From Carpediemonas membranifera BICM (lineage: Eukaryota; Protista; Fornicata): 64,000 nucleotides of DNA. The notes under the pieces are model-generated. The model was given only the letters and a program-made list of their open reading frames with translations. It ran no database searches and had not been told where the DNA came from. The DNA lies in assembly GCA_019828565.1 (NCBI GenBank), contig JAHDYR010000014.1:62001-126000 (forward strand), written 5' to 3'. Shown piece by piece: positions 11,016 to 20,405 of the stretch. The stretch's first letter is position 1. Each line of letters opens with the position of its first letter. The translations under genes were made by a program, and so were the position numbers.

Positions 11016-12647
11016 ATGACAGGCTCTGAAAACGAGGCATTGGATGCCAAAGAGGCACTTATTTTCGCTTATGCCTTAGCAGAAGCCAGCACTAATGCCT
11101 TATCTGGCGACGTTCCTTCTCTCCTTCGCCACGCCTACTCGCGGCACTTCAACCAAGTTATGCCCTCGGTCCGCGATCAGGAGATACATAGAGCGCCAGA
11201 AAGCAGCGCTACACTCGAAACGCTTTCCGTAATGCTCACTGCAATTCCCCCTCTCGCACCAAAAGCACAAGTCCTCCTCGACCGCGCTCAGTCCATCCTC
11301 ACAGACGGCCCCCCGCTGTCTATGAACGTCGAGCTTGCAGAGGGCGAGGAGCTCCCGGTCGCCCTGCACACCCTGCTCCAGGGCACGCTATGGGCGCTTC
11401 TTATGGCCGCAGGGGCCAACCCCGACCTCGAGGACACATTCACAGGGGCAAGCAAGCTCTTCAGCGCCTATGCCAAGCTACTTTGGTTCATCTGCCGCAA
11501 GTTCTACTTCACGCTCACCGTTGCACTCAAGGACGGCACCCACACCGAGCCTGACCACCCGATGTTCGCCATACACCGGATATATGCAGGGAAACTCACA
11601 GAGACACTGCTGTTTCCACAAAAAACGGACATTACATACCCAACCAAGCTTGTCAGATGCCCGCCCGTCAAAGATGCCTTTGGGATGGGAGGGGCCGACA
11701 TCATCCTCGCCACCACCCGCGGTCTTTACGGTGTTAATCGGTCTGATGGAACTTTCCGCACAATCATTTCGTACGACGTTGACGCATACACCTTGGGCTT
11801 TGATATCCCGACCAAACTGGACTTTTCATTGTGCCCCAAGGTCAACGAGTTCGAGAAGTCCTTGCCTCTCTGGCACAAAGATGAGATTCTGATGAACTCA
11901 GAATCTGTTTATCACGAGGATGAGATCTGCTTAATCTTGACTCCAGTGGGCGCTGTCGCGGCCGGTTTCGAGGCCCAGTACATCATCGGCGACGTATCTG
12001 ATGATCACACCAGATTCCACCCAATCCCACTGCCCGTCGGATTTATCCCAGATCACGCCATGCTGTCATGGAATGTTACGATTCTCTCCATGGGCGATCG
12101 GCAGATGATTGGCGGCACGAACTTTGACGGCCAGCTGGGACTTCGTCATTTTGATGCACTCAACACAGCTGTACCTCTTCCATATCACGTGGATAAGATC
12201 CTCACCAATTCTCTGGACTTTATGGTTGTCCAGAGTTCAAACGACGTTCTTTTTTCCGGCGACGTTCCCGACCACATTGCCAAATCCGGTCTGCTGCCCG
12301 ACTTCATTGATGGCGGGACCACATCTACGCCCCTCAAGCTTGAAGTTCCTGCCGGTAAGTGCATCCATTCATTTTTTTGCAACATCCACGCTCTTATTAT
12401 AGTTTACGACGATGGGTCGACCTTTTGTGCGCGTGAGACCTCCGCTCATGATTACCACGAGCCGAGCGAGGTATACCAGCTGAAACTCCCGTACGAGGTT
12501 ACCGAGGTGGGAGAGAGTTCGATGTTTGGAAAAGAGTTGGTCGTTCGAGGGCATGATGGCCAGTGGTGGAAGGTTGACACGTCCACTGGTGAGAGCGAGG
12601 CTGTGGAGAGTGGCGGAAGGCAGAGTTGGATGATGATAGTGCTCTGA
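11016..12647 (+). CDS. RCC1-like repeat family protein (lineage-specific family), paralog of 1..1014
   Basis: Long ORF with GGTNFDGQLG RCC1-like motif; start MTGSENE chosen by alignment with the paralog. Confidence 0.78.
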   Translation: MTGSENEALDAKEALIFAYALAEASTNALSGDVPSLLRHAYSRHFNQVMPSVRDQEIHRAPESSATLETLSVMLTAIPPLAPKAQVLLDRAQSILTDGPPLSMNVELAEGEELPVALHTLLQGTLWALLMAAGANPDLEDTFTGASKLFSAYAKLLWFICRKFYFTLTVALKDGTHTEPDHPMFAIHRIYAGKLTETLLFPQKTDITYPTKLVRCPPVKDAFGMGGADIILATTRGLYGVNRSDGTFRTIISYDVDAYTLGFDIPTKLDFSLCPKVNEFEKSLPLWHKDEILMNSESVYHEDEICLILTPVGAVAAGFEAQYIIGDVSDDHTRFHPIPLPVGFIPDHAMLSWNVTILSMGDRQMIGGTNFDGQLGLRHFDALNTAVPLPYHVDKILTNSLDFMVVQSSNDVLFSGDVPDHIAKSGLLPDFIDGGTTSTPLKLEVPAGKCIHSFFCNIHALIIVYDDGSTFCARETSAHDYHEPSEVYQLKLPYEVTEVGESSMFGKELVVRGHDGQWWKVDTSTGESEAVESGGRQSWMMIVL

Positions 12648-12788
12648 GTAAAGCTGGCAAGGATCACCCGACACGTGACGGTGTATGGCGAATAGTTTAC
12701 GTTGAATAGTTCAATCGAAAAAATCGACTTCAGCTGACTGCAAGCATGAGCGGTGTTGACAATAATTATACCCTATGCTGCCCTTCTC

Positions 12789-13287
12789 TCAAATGACCCT
12801 ATCATATGCAAACCCCCCTGACGGCATCAGGACCCCGGCCAGCAGAAGGAGGAGGTCCACCACCCACCAGATCATGCACCCGCCGAGAGTGAAGAGCTTG
12901 AGGGCACCCAGCCCGCAGTAGCCTAGGTAGCACCGGTCAGCACCTGTGAAACCGATGAGCAAGGAGAGGATGAATGCGATTGGGAATGAGGTGTGATTGA
13001 AGCGAGCGCAGGGCATCGCGGGGACAGAAAACGTGCTAGACCCGCTGCAAGTGATACCTGAGAGCACAGAACATGTGCTATTGCCCATTCCATTGGGAAG
13101 AGAGCAATATTCGTCCGGGATACAGGAGAAAAACTCCATGGGGCTGTATAAGAGTGGATGCAGAGACGTACAGGCATTCACACGGCACAAGCGGGCTCTG
13201 CGATAGTGATTCTTTGTCGCATAATGCCTCAAAAGCAAACACTACCGCCACACTGACCAGTAAGAGCAAAACCCGGAACATCGTCAT
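12789..13287 (-). CDS. TM2 domain-containing protein with signal peptide; join(13172..13287, 12789..13143)
   Basis: FILSLLIGFTGADRCYLGYCGLGALKLFTLGGCMIWWVVDLLL is a TM2 motif; a 28-nt intron links the signal-peptide exon MFRVLLLLVSVAVVFA. Confidence 0.87.
13144..13171 (-). other. 28-nt spliceosomal intron
   Basis: GTACGTCTCTGCATCCACTCTTATACAG; removal gives CECL|PMEFFSC in frame. Confidence 0.82.
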
Positions 13288-13388
13288 CAAATGATTGCCA
13301 AGTATCGCCACCGGACCTGAGGACGCACATGCTTCTCCCGCCCCTCCGGGACCCTGAGACCAGCGCCACATATTTACCCGACAATGCT

Positions 13389-14174
13389 TCAGCCCGTGAC
13401 GTTGGGCATGACGACAATCTTCTCACTCATTTGCCCGAGAAGTCTGGCCTCACCAGTGAACGTATGGGTCCTGTCATTGCCGTCCGGGGTTGTTCTAAGC
13501 TCATAAATGTTCTGCATAAAACCGCACGTAGCGCCAGGGATCATCTCATGCTCAATCCCGTTGAGCTCGAGAATCATGCGGCCGTCGTCCAGCACCACGA
13601 GGTCACCGATCTTCCCGTCCGGAATCCTGGCGAGTGGATTCTTCCTCTGCTCCGCCGCAGTCATCTTGCCGGTGTTCCTAATGGGAAGCTCTCGCGGTAG
13701 TTGGATGTAGAAGAGCCTCTCATCAGTCATCCATGCGTCTGTGGTGCCGAGGATGGCTTCCTTCGAGTTCGACTCGAAGCCGTAGTCCTTGGCGGCGGGC
13801 TGTGTTGTGTCTCGGTCTCTTTCTCCCAAGGGAAGCACTGTGGGGAAGTACCCGTCCCTCATGGTGTATCCGTGGTAGTCAACCTCGCGAGGAGCATCCA
13901 TGTCGACGTCTTCGTGGGCAACATCGTCTTGACGACGATTGCGTTCGCCCGAAATAGTGACCTCCTCGAACTCCAGGAAGCGGTTCTTGCGGAACTCCAT
14001 CTTTCTGGCCTGCATCTGCTGCTTTCTCATCTGCTTCTTGGCGCCACGGAATGTTTCCTCCATGAACTGGCTGGTGATGGTAACAGCCTCCTTACTCTCT
14101 TTGGGCTGCTGCTTTGGTGCTTTAGGCTTCCATTTCCCCTTTAAACTCGCAAGCCGCTGCGTAGGACGTTCCAT
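13389..14174 (-). CDS. RPC4: RNA polymerase III subunit RPC4 (C53)
   Basis: LFYIQLPRELP...IPDGKIGDLVVLDDGRMILELNG...GFMQ...LLGQMSEKIVVMP matches the RPC4 C-terminal domain. Confidence 0.85.
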   Translation of the reverse strand: MERPTQRLASLKGKWKPKAPKQQPKESKEAVTITSQFMEETFRGAKKQMRKQQMQARKMEFRKNRFLEFEEVTISGERNRRQDDVAHEDVDMDAPREVDYHGYTMRDGYFPTVLPLGERDRDTTQPAAKDYGFESNSKEAILGTTDAWMTDERLFYIQLPRELPIRNTGKMTAAEQRKNPLARIPDGKIGDLVVLDDGRMILELNGIEHEMIPGATCGFMQNIYELRTTPDGNDRTHTFTGEARLLGQMSEKIVVMPNVTG

Positions 14175-14371
14175 TCCAAGCTCGTCGCGGGATGACTTCG
14201 CGCCGAGTTGCACCACAGGGATTTGCCGAATGCGGGCTCGACACACACCTACAACGGCACTGTAGAGGCCGTGATTTATCCCCCCAACCTGTCTCCAGCG
14301 CAGATCAATCCCTGGTCAATGACGCTTTCATTCTTGCGCGGACAGTCGCGGCGTCAAGAATTTCTCACCGG

Positions 14372-16885
14372 ATGGCGCTTCCATTCGAGATTCTTCCCGG
14401 TACAAGCTCGGATGATAACCATACTACGGCAATGCTGCAGGAAGGGCACACGAACGGATGGCGCAGTGCCCGAGATCCGTCCTACCCAATCGAAATGAAC
14501 ATCCGCATTGGTCACGGCCCCTGCATGCTCAAGTCCTTCACTATTCTCAGCCACAACTTCATGATTTCCAGCTCCATTGACATCTTTGTGGGCTGTGAGC
14601 GCGAGCCCAACTCTGACCTGGACAGCATTCGATTCAACCGTCTCGGTTCAGTTCGTATGCTCACTAACCAGCAGTCAGGCTACAGACATGCCCCTCGCAA
14701 GACCCTCTCCATCCAAAAGGCCGTCCGTGTTTCCCACGTCCGCTTTGTCTTCCACGAACCTCACCCCATCTCCCCCAGCGCGTCTGACATTGCCAACACC
14801 TTCAACCAGGTCGGAGTGCTCGGCCTAGAGTTCAAGGGTGAGCGGGGTGCCTCTCCTCCCAGGCCTACCCGTGTCCCCGACGAGGTCAGAGCCATGCAAC
14901 AGGCCCCTAGGCCCCAATCGGTCAGCGTGAAGCTCCAGCAGGACGAGTTGGGGATGAGGGCGAAGATGTCACTCATGGTGAAGCGTCTGCAGGTCAAGAA
15001 ACAGCAGGCGGTCGAGGAGGAAGATTACATGGCTGCGGAGGCTCTCAAACAGATCATTACTCGGATCACGGGATACGAAAACAGCGTGCTGGATCTTTAC
15101 GAAAGGAAGAGACTCGCGGTCCAGAACGAAGACTACGCCGCCGCTGCCCGGACGAAGGCTGAGCTGGACCAGATCACAGCTTTCCTGTCGATGCCGGAGG
15201 ACGAGCTCATCAAAGCTCTCGGCCCACGCCAGCAAGCCCCCGTAGAGCAAGCCCCTGTCCGCCAACCCCAGCTCCAGCCCCGCGAGCAACCCCGGGCCCA
15301 GCCGCAGTCCCAGCACCAGCCACAGTTTGATGACGAGCGGCCGATCAATCCCATGCCGACCCAACCCGCCAGAGAAGAGAGAGAAGCAGAGAGAATCCGA
15401 TCCCCTTCACCCCCGAGTCGGGCAGCGAGTCGGATGGCAGATAACAGAGACGTGCTGCCCAACGAGGGAAGCCCCGAACGCCCAGGTCGCCAGCACATTA
15501 CCGAGCGGCCGCCTATGAGAGCCAGACCTCAGAGCAGAGCCCTGCAGGGCCGGACGGACGGGCGGTATTCCGGAATGCCGGAAACTGAGGAGCAGGATAA
15601 GGAAGTTGCCGGAGAAAGTGCTCTGGGCGATGATGAGAGGGCCGTGACGCCGATTAGACGCCATTTACTGGAGGACGCCGACGCCATGATCGCTGTCTTT
15701 GGCGAGCAGGCAGTGGCCTCCCTGACTTCATCCAAGTCGGCCACGCGAATCGACGGGTGTGGTCGGGTCCTGAACACCCTTCTGGCGGGCACTGCGAACG
15801 TCAACGCCGTGAGCAAGGACGGTCTTCTCAAGGTCATACTTGCCATCGTTCAGATGATCGTGAATGACAACTCCCTGGGAGTATCGTCAAAGGCCGACAT
15901 CGTGCTCCAGGCCGGTCTGCCCCTCACCGAACCTCATGCTGACGGAGCCGCCCTGTCCACGAGACTTCTCGACCTTTTAGTGGGAAAATGCACCTCAAGA
16001 CAGGCAAAGACAGTCGCCACGGCCACCCATTGCCTCGAACTCATCGCCCAGAGCTTCGGAGCCAAGGAGGTCGTGCGGGCCTTGACTCGGTTCAAGTCGA
16101 CCGACGCTGTAGCAATGACCCACGCCATGGCCGCCCTCGCCCAGCTGTGCCATGCTGTCGGCCTTAGCTCCAAGGACAAGATGGGGGTCGACCCTGCTGA
16201 TATCAAAGCCGCCGTGGTTGCCGGGCTTAAGGCAAGCAGTACCCAGCTGAGGGCAGCAGCGATCGACGTGCTCAGCCTGGTTGCCCCAACTCCTGGCGGA
16301 GAGGAGTATGTCACCTCTGCTGTCGGTGGTATCACTAGCAAGCTCGTTCTCACCGCTATCATGGCTAAGCTCAACGCTACGCCGGGTGTGGACGTGGTTT
16401 ATGAGGTCATCGCGAGGGCGGGTGACGGCAAGTCGTTCCAACTCGTGCCGACTGCCCCGGCAGACCAGGCTGAGGATACAGACGCAGGCGACACCGTATC
16501 CTGCCAGTTCTGTGGCTGGGAGGGCAGTGGGGGGCAGACGGAGCTCTACTCCCACCTTATGGATGCCTGTCCGCTTTGCTGCCGCTGTCCCGTGTGCCAG
16601 AAGATAGTGGAGATCCCCTGCCTCAACGACCATCTTGCCACTGAATGCACTGAGAACGTTGGTCCAAGCGGCGATGGGTCAGATGCCCCCTACCAGCAGT
16701 GCCCTAAGTGCCAGCAGATCCATGCTCTAGAGGGAATAGAGGAGCACATTGAGGGCTGTGCAACTGAGCTGAAGGAGCATGAGTTTGCCTGCCCCCTGTG
16801 TTTGGCAGTAATGGACGAAGAACAGATTTATGACCATTATTTACGGAGCCCTACATGTGCGAAGAACCCGCGGAGGCCGGATTGA
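14372..16885 (+). CDS. CEP104: Centrosomal/ciliary tip protein CEP104
   Basis: N-terminal GWRSAR..YP..ILSHNFMISSSIDIFVG domain, KQQAVEEEDY / KRLAVQNEDY coiled repeats, HEAT/TOG-like region, C-terminal C2HC zinc fingers. Confidence 0.87.
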   Translation: MALPFEILPGTSSDDNHTTAMLQEGHTNGWRSARDPSYPIEMNIRIGHGPCMLKSFTILSHNFMISSSIDIFVGCEREPNSDLDSIRFNRLGSVRMLTNQQSGYRHAPRKTLSIQKAVRVSHVRFVFHEPHPISPSASDIANTFNQVGVLGLEFKGERGASPPRPTRVPDEVRAMQQAPRPQSVSVKLQQDELGMRAKMSLMVKRLQVKKQQAVEEEDYMAAEALKQIITRITGYENSVLDLYERKRLAVQNEDYAAAARTKAELDQITAFLSMPEDELIKALGPRQQAPVEQAPVRQPQLQPREQPRAQPQSQHQPQFDDERPINPMPTQPAREEREAERIRSPSPPSRAASRMADNRDVLPNEGSPERPGRQHITERPPMRARPQSRALQGRTDGRYSGMPETEEQDKEVAGESALGDDERAVTPIRRHLLEDADAMIAVFGEQAVASLTSSKSATRIDGCGRVLNTLLAGTANVNAVSKDGLLKVILAIVQMIVNDNSLGVSSKADIVLQAGLPLTEPHADGAALSTRLLDLLVGKCTSRQAKTVATATHCLELIAQSFGAKEVVRALTRFKSTDAVAMTHAMAALAQLCHAVGLSSKDKMGVDPADIKAAVVAGLKASSTQLRAAAIDVLSLVAPTPGGEEYVTSAVGGITSKLVLTAIMAKLNATPGVDVVYEVIARAGDGKSFQLVPTAPADQAEDTDAGDTVSCQFCGWEGSGGQTELYSHLMDACPLCCRCPVCQKIVEIPCLNDHLATECTENVGPSGDGSDAPYQQCPKCQQIHALEGIEEHIEGCATELKEHEFACPLCLAVMDEEQIYDHYLRSPTCAKNPRRPD

Positions 16886-17068
16886 CCGGAGTTTGGATGT
16901 TTGTATTGATAAATCATTGACTTGTCGACTGTCACGCCGGCCTTCCCCGCTGGGCACTCAGCTGCCTTATTAGTAGTAGTAATAGTTGACATGACTTGGT
17001 CACCTTAGCTCAAGCACCGTCAAGCCCTGCCACATGATTCCACCTTCAATTCCTGCAAATACAAACAT

Positions 17069-17662
17069 TTAAACAAATGGATCAGCTGGAAGGAGCGAGG
17101 ACTTCTCACTCGACCCCTCAGCAGGCCCAGCCTCGACCAGGAGATAGTCTGGCGGGGCAGCGGCGTTTGCCTTCTCGTTCTCGAGTCGGGCGGCTCTCTT
17201 CCTTGACTGTAGCTTGTAGGCAATCTTATTGGTCACCCACAGTAGAGCGAAGACAGCGGGGATGACAGTACAAACAACGATAACGCCGAAGAGTGACGCG
17301 GCGAGGAAGGCTGGAATCGTCGCGAGAAGCACGTCGCCGACAGACGGCGAGGTGTCTCCGATGCGGTATTCTTGGGAAGAGCAGCCAAAGACCTCGTCAA
17401 CAGACACACATACCCAGTATTTGTCGCCGCTGTAGGCCGCGAAGTCTGCGACGGCTGAGCCGATGCCATCGGTCGTTAGATAGTCATAATGAGTGAAACT
17501 CATCGAGGATGTGATGTCCTTCAGGCCATATACACCTGAAGGGCTTGTTGCTAGGTAGTATTTCACATTGGAGCCGCCAGTGAAGAAGCTGTGAAGGACG
17601 GTGAACACGAGGGTTAAGCTCGCCGAGGCCGTCGAGGTCGGAAAGAAAGACGGAAATGCCAT
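17069..17662 (-). CDS. Hypothetical membrane protein (5' structure uncertain)
   Basis: 197-aa ORF with a long hydrophobic segment; a signal-peptide-like stretch lies upstream in another frame and I could not resolve the join. Confidence 0.55.
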   Translation of the reverse strand: MAFPSFFPTSTASASLTLVFTVLHSFFTGGSNVKYYLATSPSGVYGLKDITSSMSFTHYDYLTTDGIGSAVADFAAYSGDKYWVCVSVDEVFGCSSQEYRIGDTSPSVGDVLLATIPAFLAASLFGVIVVCTVIPAVFALLWVTNKIAYKLQSRKRAARLENEKANAAAPPDYLLVEAGPAEGSSEKSSLLPADPFV

Positions 17663-18675
17663 CAGAACTGCATTTCGCAGTTATGATAAGAGCAAATAGA
17701 CAGAATGGAATGAAAAGAGTGTTCATTGGCGACAACGAACGAATGAAGATAGTATCCAATGACCCGACCAGAGGGTAAGGTAGCTTACCTCCAGTCGCTG
17801 CAAGCATTGGCGACTATACGACGATAGCGGTCGAAAGAAATGGCGACTTTCTTTCGACCGCTATTCTCGACCCAACTGGCGACGTCCTTGTCAACAGTCC
17901 TGTGAGAGACCGTTGGCCACACGGGCATTCCCTCGAAACACGCGGATACGATCATCCTCACGTCCCTAGAAGGAACGCTCAAAGCAGGCGTCGGCCGCTA
18001 TCTATCCCTGCTCTGCTCTCCGCCACAGCGTCTGTCCCGTGGCTAGAAGCTCATGCGGAGGAGCTTGACTCAACTGCATCCCAACTCCTTGCCGTATTGG
18101 CGGATAACAGCACACCAGAGTGTGGGAACTCTCATGGCCGTGTTGTAGAGGCTCTGTGCGACCTCCTCGTATGCGCCGGTTGGGACACCCGCCGTTATCC
18201 TGCCCGTTCTCACGTGGAGTTCAGGGGGCGAGAGAAGGCAACTAGTACTCCGTGCGCAAGCCACAAGCCTTACGAGGGCGCCGAAAGAGAAGCCGGGACA
18301 TTCTGTGTATTCTCGGAGCAAATGCATTTTTCTGAGATCTTGCACGGCTTGGTCGCCTCGTCTGCCCCGGGGGACGGAAAGCTCGTAGGCTACTTCTTCC
18401 TTGTCTCCTTTGCCATGTGCGACGTTCGTATGCTCATTCACATCAACAATTTGATCGATCATTTGCTTAGTCGCTCAAGCGAACATCTCACACTGTCAGC
18501 ATACAGACGCACCTGCTCCTGGCGCTATTCCACAGTGCAAGACTGTCAGCAGGCGGTGTTTATAAATATCTGGCGGATGAGGCTGGGGTGGGTGTGAGTC
18601 GCAGGTTGACCCCAGTGCAGGTAACGAATTTATCTGTTACAGGTTTGCCGAATAGAGGCCTTGTCTGAGTATGAA

Positions 18676-19110
18676 TCAGCTTCGACCAAGGGCCCAATTC
18701 CGCGCCTGTCGCTGAAACACAGGGTTGGTGGCGTCCACGGCGTAAAGAACAGCCGCCAGCATCTCAGAGACGTCAGTGAGCCGGGGGACGTGGAGCTTGG
18801 GCCCGTTGTCCGCTGTGACAAACAAGTACAGGTTGCTAGTCACAGTCACGGGTAGCGGGTCCCCCTCCAGCCTGCCGCCGAGCACGTGAGTCATAAATTT
18901 GACCCGTGTTTCCTCATCCTCGAGTGCGGCGCGGAGGGCGTCCTTCACTGGCTGAGAATCAGGTGGGAATGACAGCTGGCAGAGTACAGCGTCTGCCTTA
19001 TCGAGCTCTGTCTGGACAAACGGGGAAGCGTCCAGCCGCGTGAGGAGCTCAGCGGCAGTCGGGCGGGGTCTTGCTCCAACCATGTCCGAGAGTACAAGCC
19101 GGATTCTCAC
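18676..19110 (-). pseudogene. Possible 5'-truncated, degenerate HECT C-lobe-like fragment
   Basis: DSQPVKDALRAALEDEETRVKFMTHVLG...KLHVPRLTDVSEMLAAVLYAV loosely resembles the HECT C-terminus but lacks the catalytic Cys; the frame is open up to the junction with element A. Confidence 0.35.
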
Positions 19111-19300
19111 AGGGTAACCGCTACATCTTCGTCATGACAGACCTCTTCGCGAGGTGGACCGAGCTGGTAGCAGCCCCGTCCAATGGCGCCCAGCCAGCCG
19201 CCTATGCGCTCTGGCACGGCGTGTTCTGCCGGCACGGCCTTCCGGCCAACATCCTCAGCGACAACGGCACGGAATATGTCAACCGCGTCATCCAGGAGCT
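19107..19300 (+). mobile_element. Element A: Ty3/gypsy integrase remnant, part 1 (5'-truncated)
   Basis: GNRYIFVMTDLFARWTE...CRHGLPANILSDNGTEY..VIQEL; continues in frame at 32100 after removing element B and one AGCT copy. Confidence 0.9.
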
Positions 19301-19419
19301 TGTGCTTGGTTTGGCCTTGAAGGGAACTTTCCAATTAATGGATGAGAACTGATTTACTCCTGGAAACCGCAGTGGTGAAAATGGTCAAAAACCAAAACCT
19401 TAAACTGCGCCTCACCACA
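19301..19419 (-). repeat. Element B 3' LTR (119 bp)
   Basis: Identical to 31977..32095; reads TGTGGTG...AAGCACA on the minus strand. Confidence 0.96.
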
Positions 19420-19430
19420 CTACCCTCTCT
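19420..19430 (-). other. Element B polypurine tract AGAGAGGGTAG
   Basis: Purine run between the pol stop (19432) and the 3' LTR. Confidence 0.85.
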
Positions 19431-19431
19431 A

Positions 19432-20302
19432 TTACAGCTGAATGCCGGTCTTCGACAAGTACCGGTCGAGGGCTTCGAGGTCACGGACCTCGGCATAGGG
19501 AAGCCAGGTGTCGTCATCGGGACCGTAGCCGGCCCAGCGGACACGGAAACGGAAACGGGTCTTGGTACGACCAGAGCGGTGGTCGATGATGTCTTCGACG
19601 GTGTATTCTTGCTCACCGGCGGCAGCGAAGGCGGTGAGGTCGTCGGGGGTGTAGTCGCCGAGGAAGGGAACGAGGCGGCGGAGATCATACGTCTCTTCGG
19701 CACGAGTTCGAAGATTCGTGAGGGTGGCGAGTGTGCCGTCGAGGGAGGCTACGGTGTAGGGGCCCATATAGATGGGGCTCAGACGAGAGGGGCCACGGGC
19801 ATTGTCGGGCCTGGTGACCACAACAGCTTGGCCGACAGTGAAAGTGGTCTGGGTGACCGGACGTGGCTTAGGAACTGGCACGGCCTTGACAAGCTGTCTC
19901 TGTGCCTCAAGCAGGTTGTCGTAGTACAATGCGACGTCGCCCACCCCCTCCACCGGGTTGTGTAGCAGTACTCGGTCCGTGTCGGTGAGGTTACCGAACA
20001 TGATGTTGGCCGGGGGTATGTTGCCGGTGGCTGCACACGGCGTGCAGTTCAGAGTGCGCTGTACAAGCGGGAGACAGGCAACCCAGTCGGCTAAATCATC
20101 GGTCAGCTCGTTCATGGCGGCGCGGAGGTGGCGGTTCACTTCCTTGTTGCGGCGCTCGATGATGCCGTTATACTGGTGATGGTACGGGAGCGTAAAGTCG
20201 TGCTGAATGTTCAGGATGCGCGAGAGCTGAGCAAACAGGTGGGCGGTAAAGTGGGGGCCCTGATCAGAGCGAATGTGTGCCGGGCATCCGTAGCGGCCCA
20301 CC
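19432..20302 (-). CDS. Element B pol, last segment: integrase core end plus chromodomain
   Basis: GRYGCPAHIRSDQGPHF...NGIIERRN...MGPYTV...EYTVEDIIDHR...RVRWAGYGPDDDTWLP. Confidence 0.92.
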
Positions 20303-20384
20303 TGTCACCGGTCTATAAACTGCTCCGTCCAGTTTTGACCACTTTTACCCCGCTGCGGTTTACTGTAAATGATTTCAACCGACA
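20303..20384 (+). repeat. Element C1 5' LTR (82 bp)
   Basis: Four identical copies in the window; contains TATAAA near its 5' end. Confidence 0.96.
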
Positions 20385-20395
20385 ATACTAGTATT
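20384..20395. other. 12-bp perfect palindrome AATACTAGTATT at the PBS position of C1
   Basis: Directly seen; starts at the LTR terminal A; no TGG. Confidence 0.9.
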
Positions 20396-20405
20396 AGCTG
20401 TGCTG

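Noticed and set aside
17785-18597. Short overlapping ORFs on both strands
   Set aside because: No recognisable motif or consistent frame; left unannotated.
19092-19096. GTACA as the end of a 5' LTR of element A
   Set aside because: Upstream sequence has no similarity to the candidate 3' LTR at 32903.
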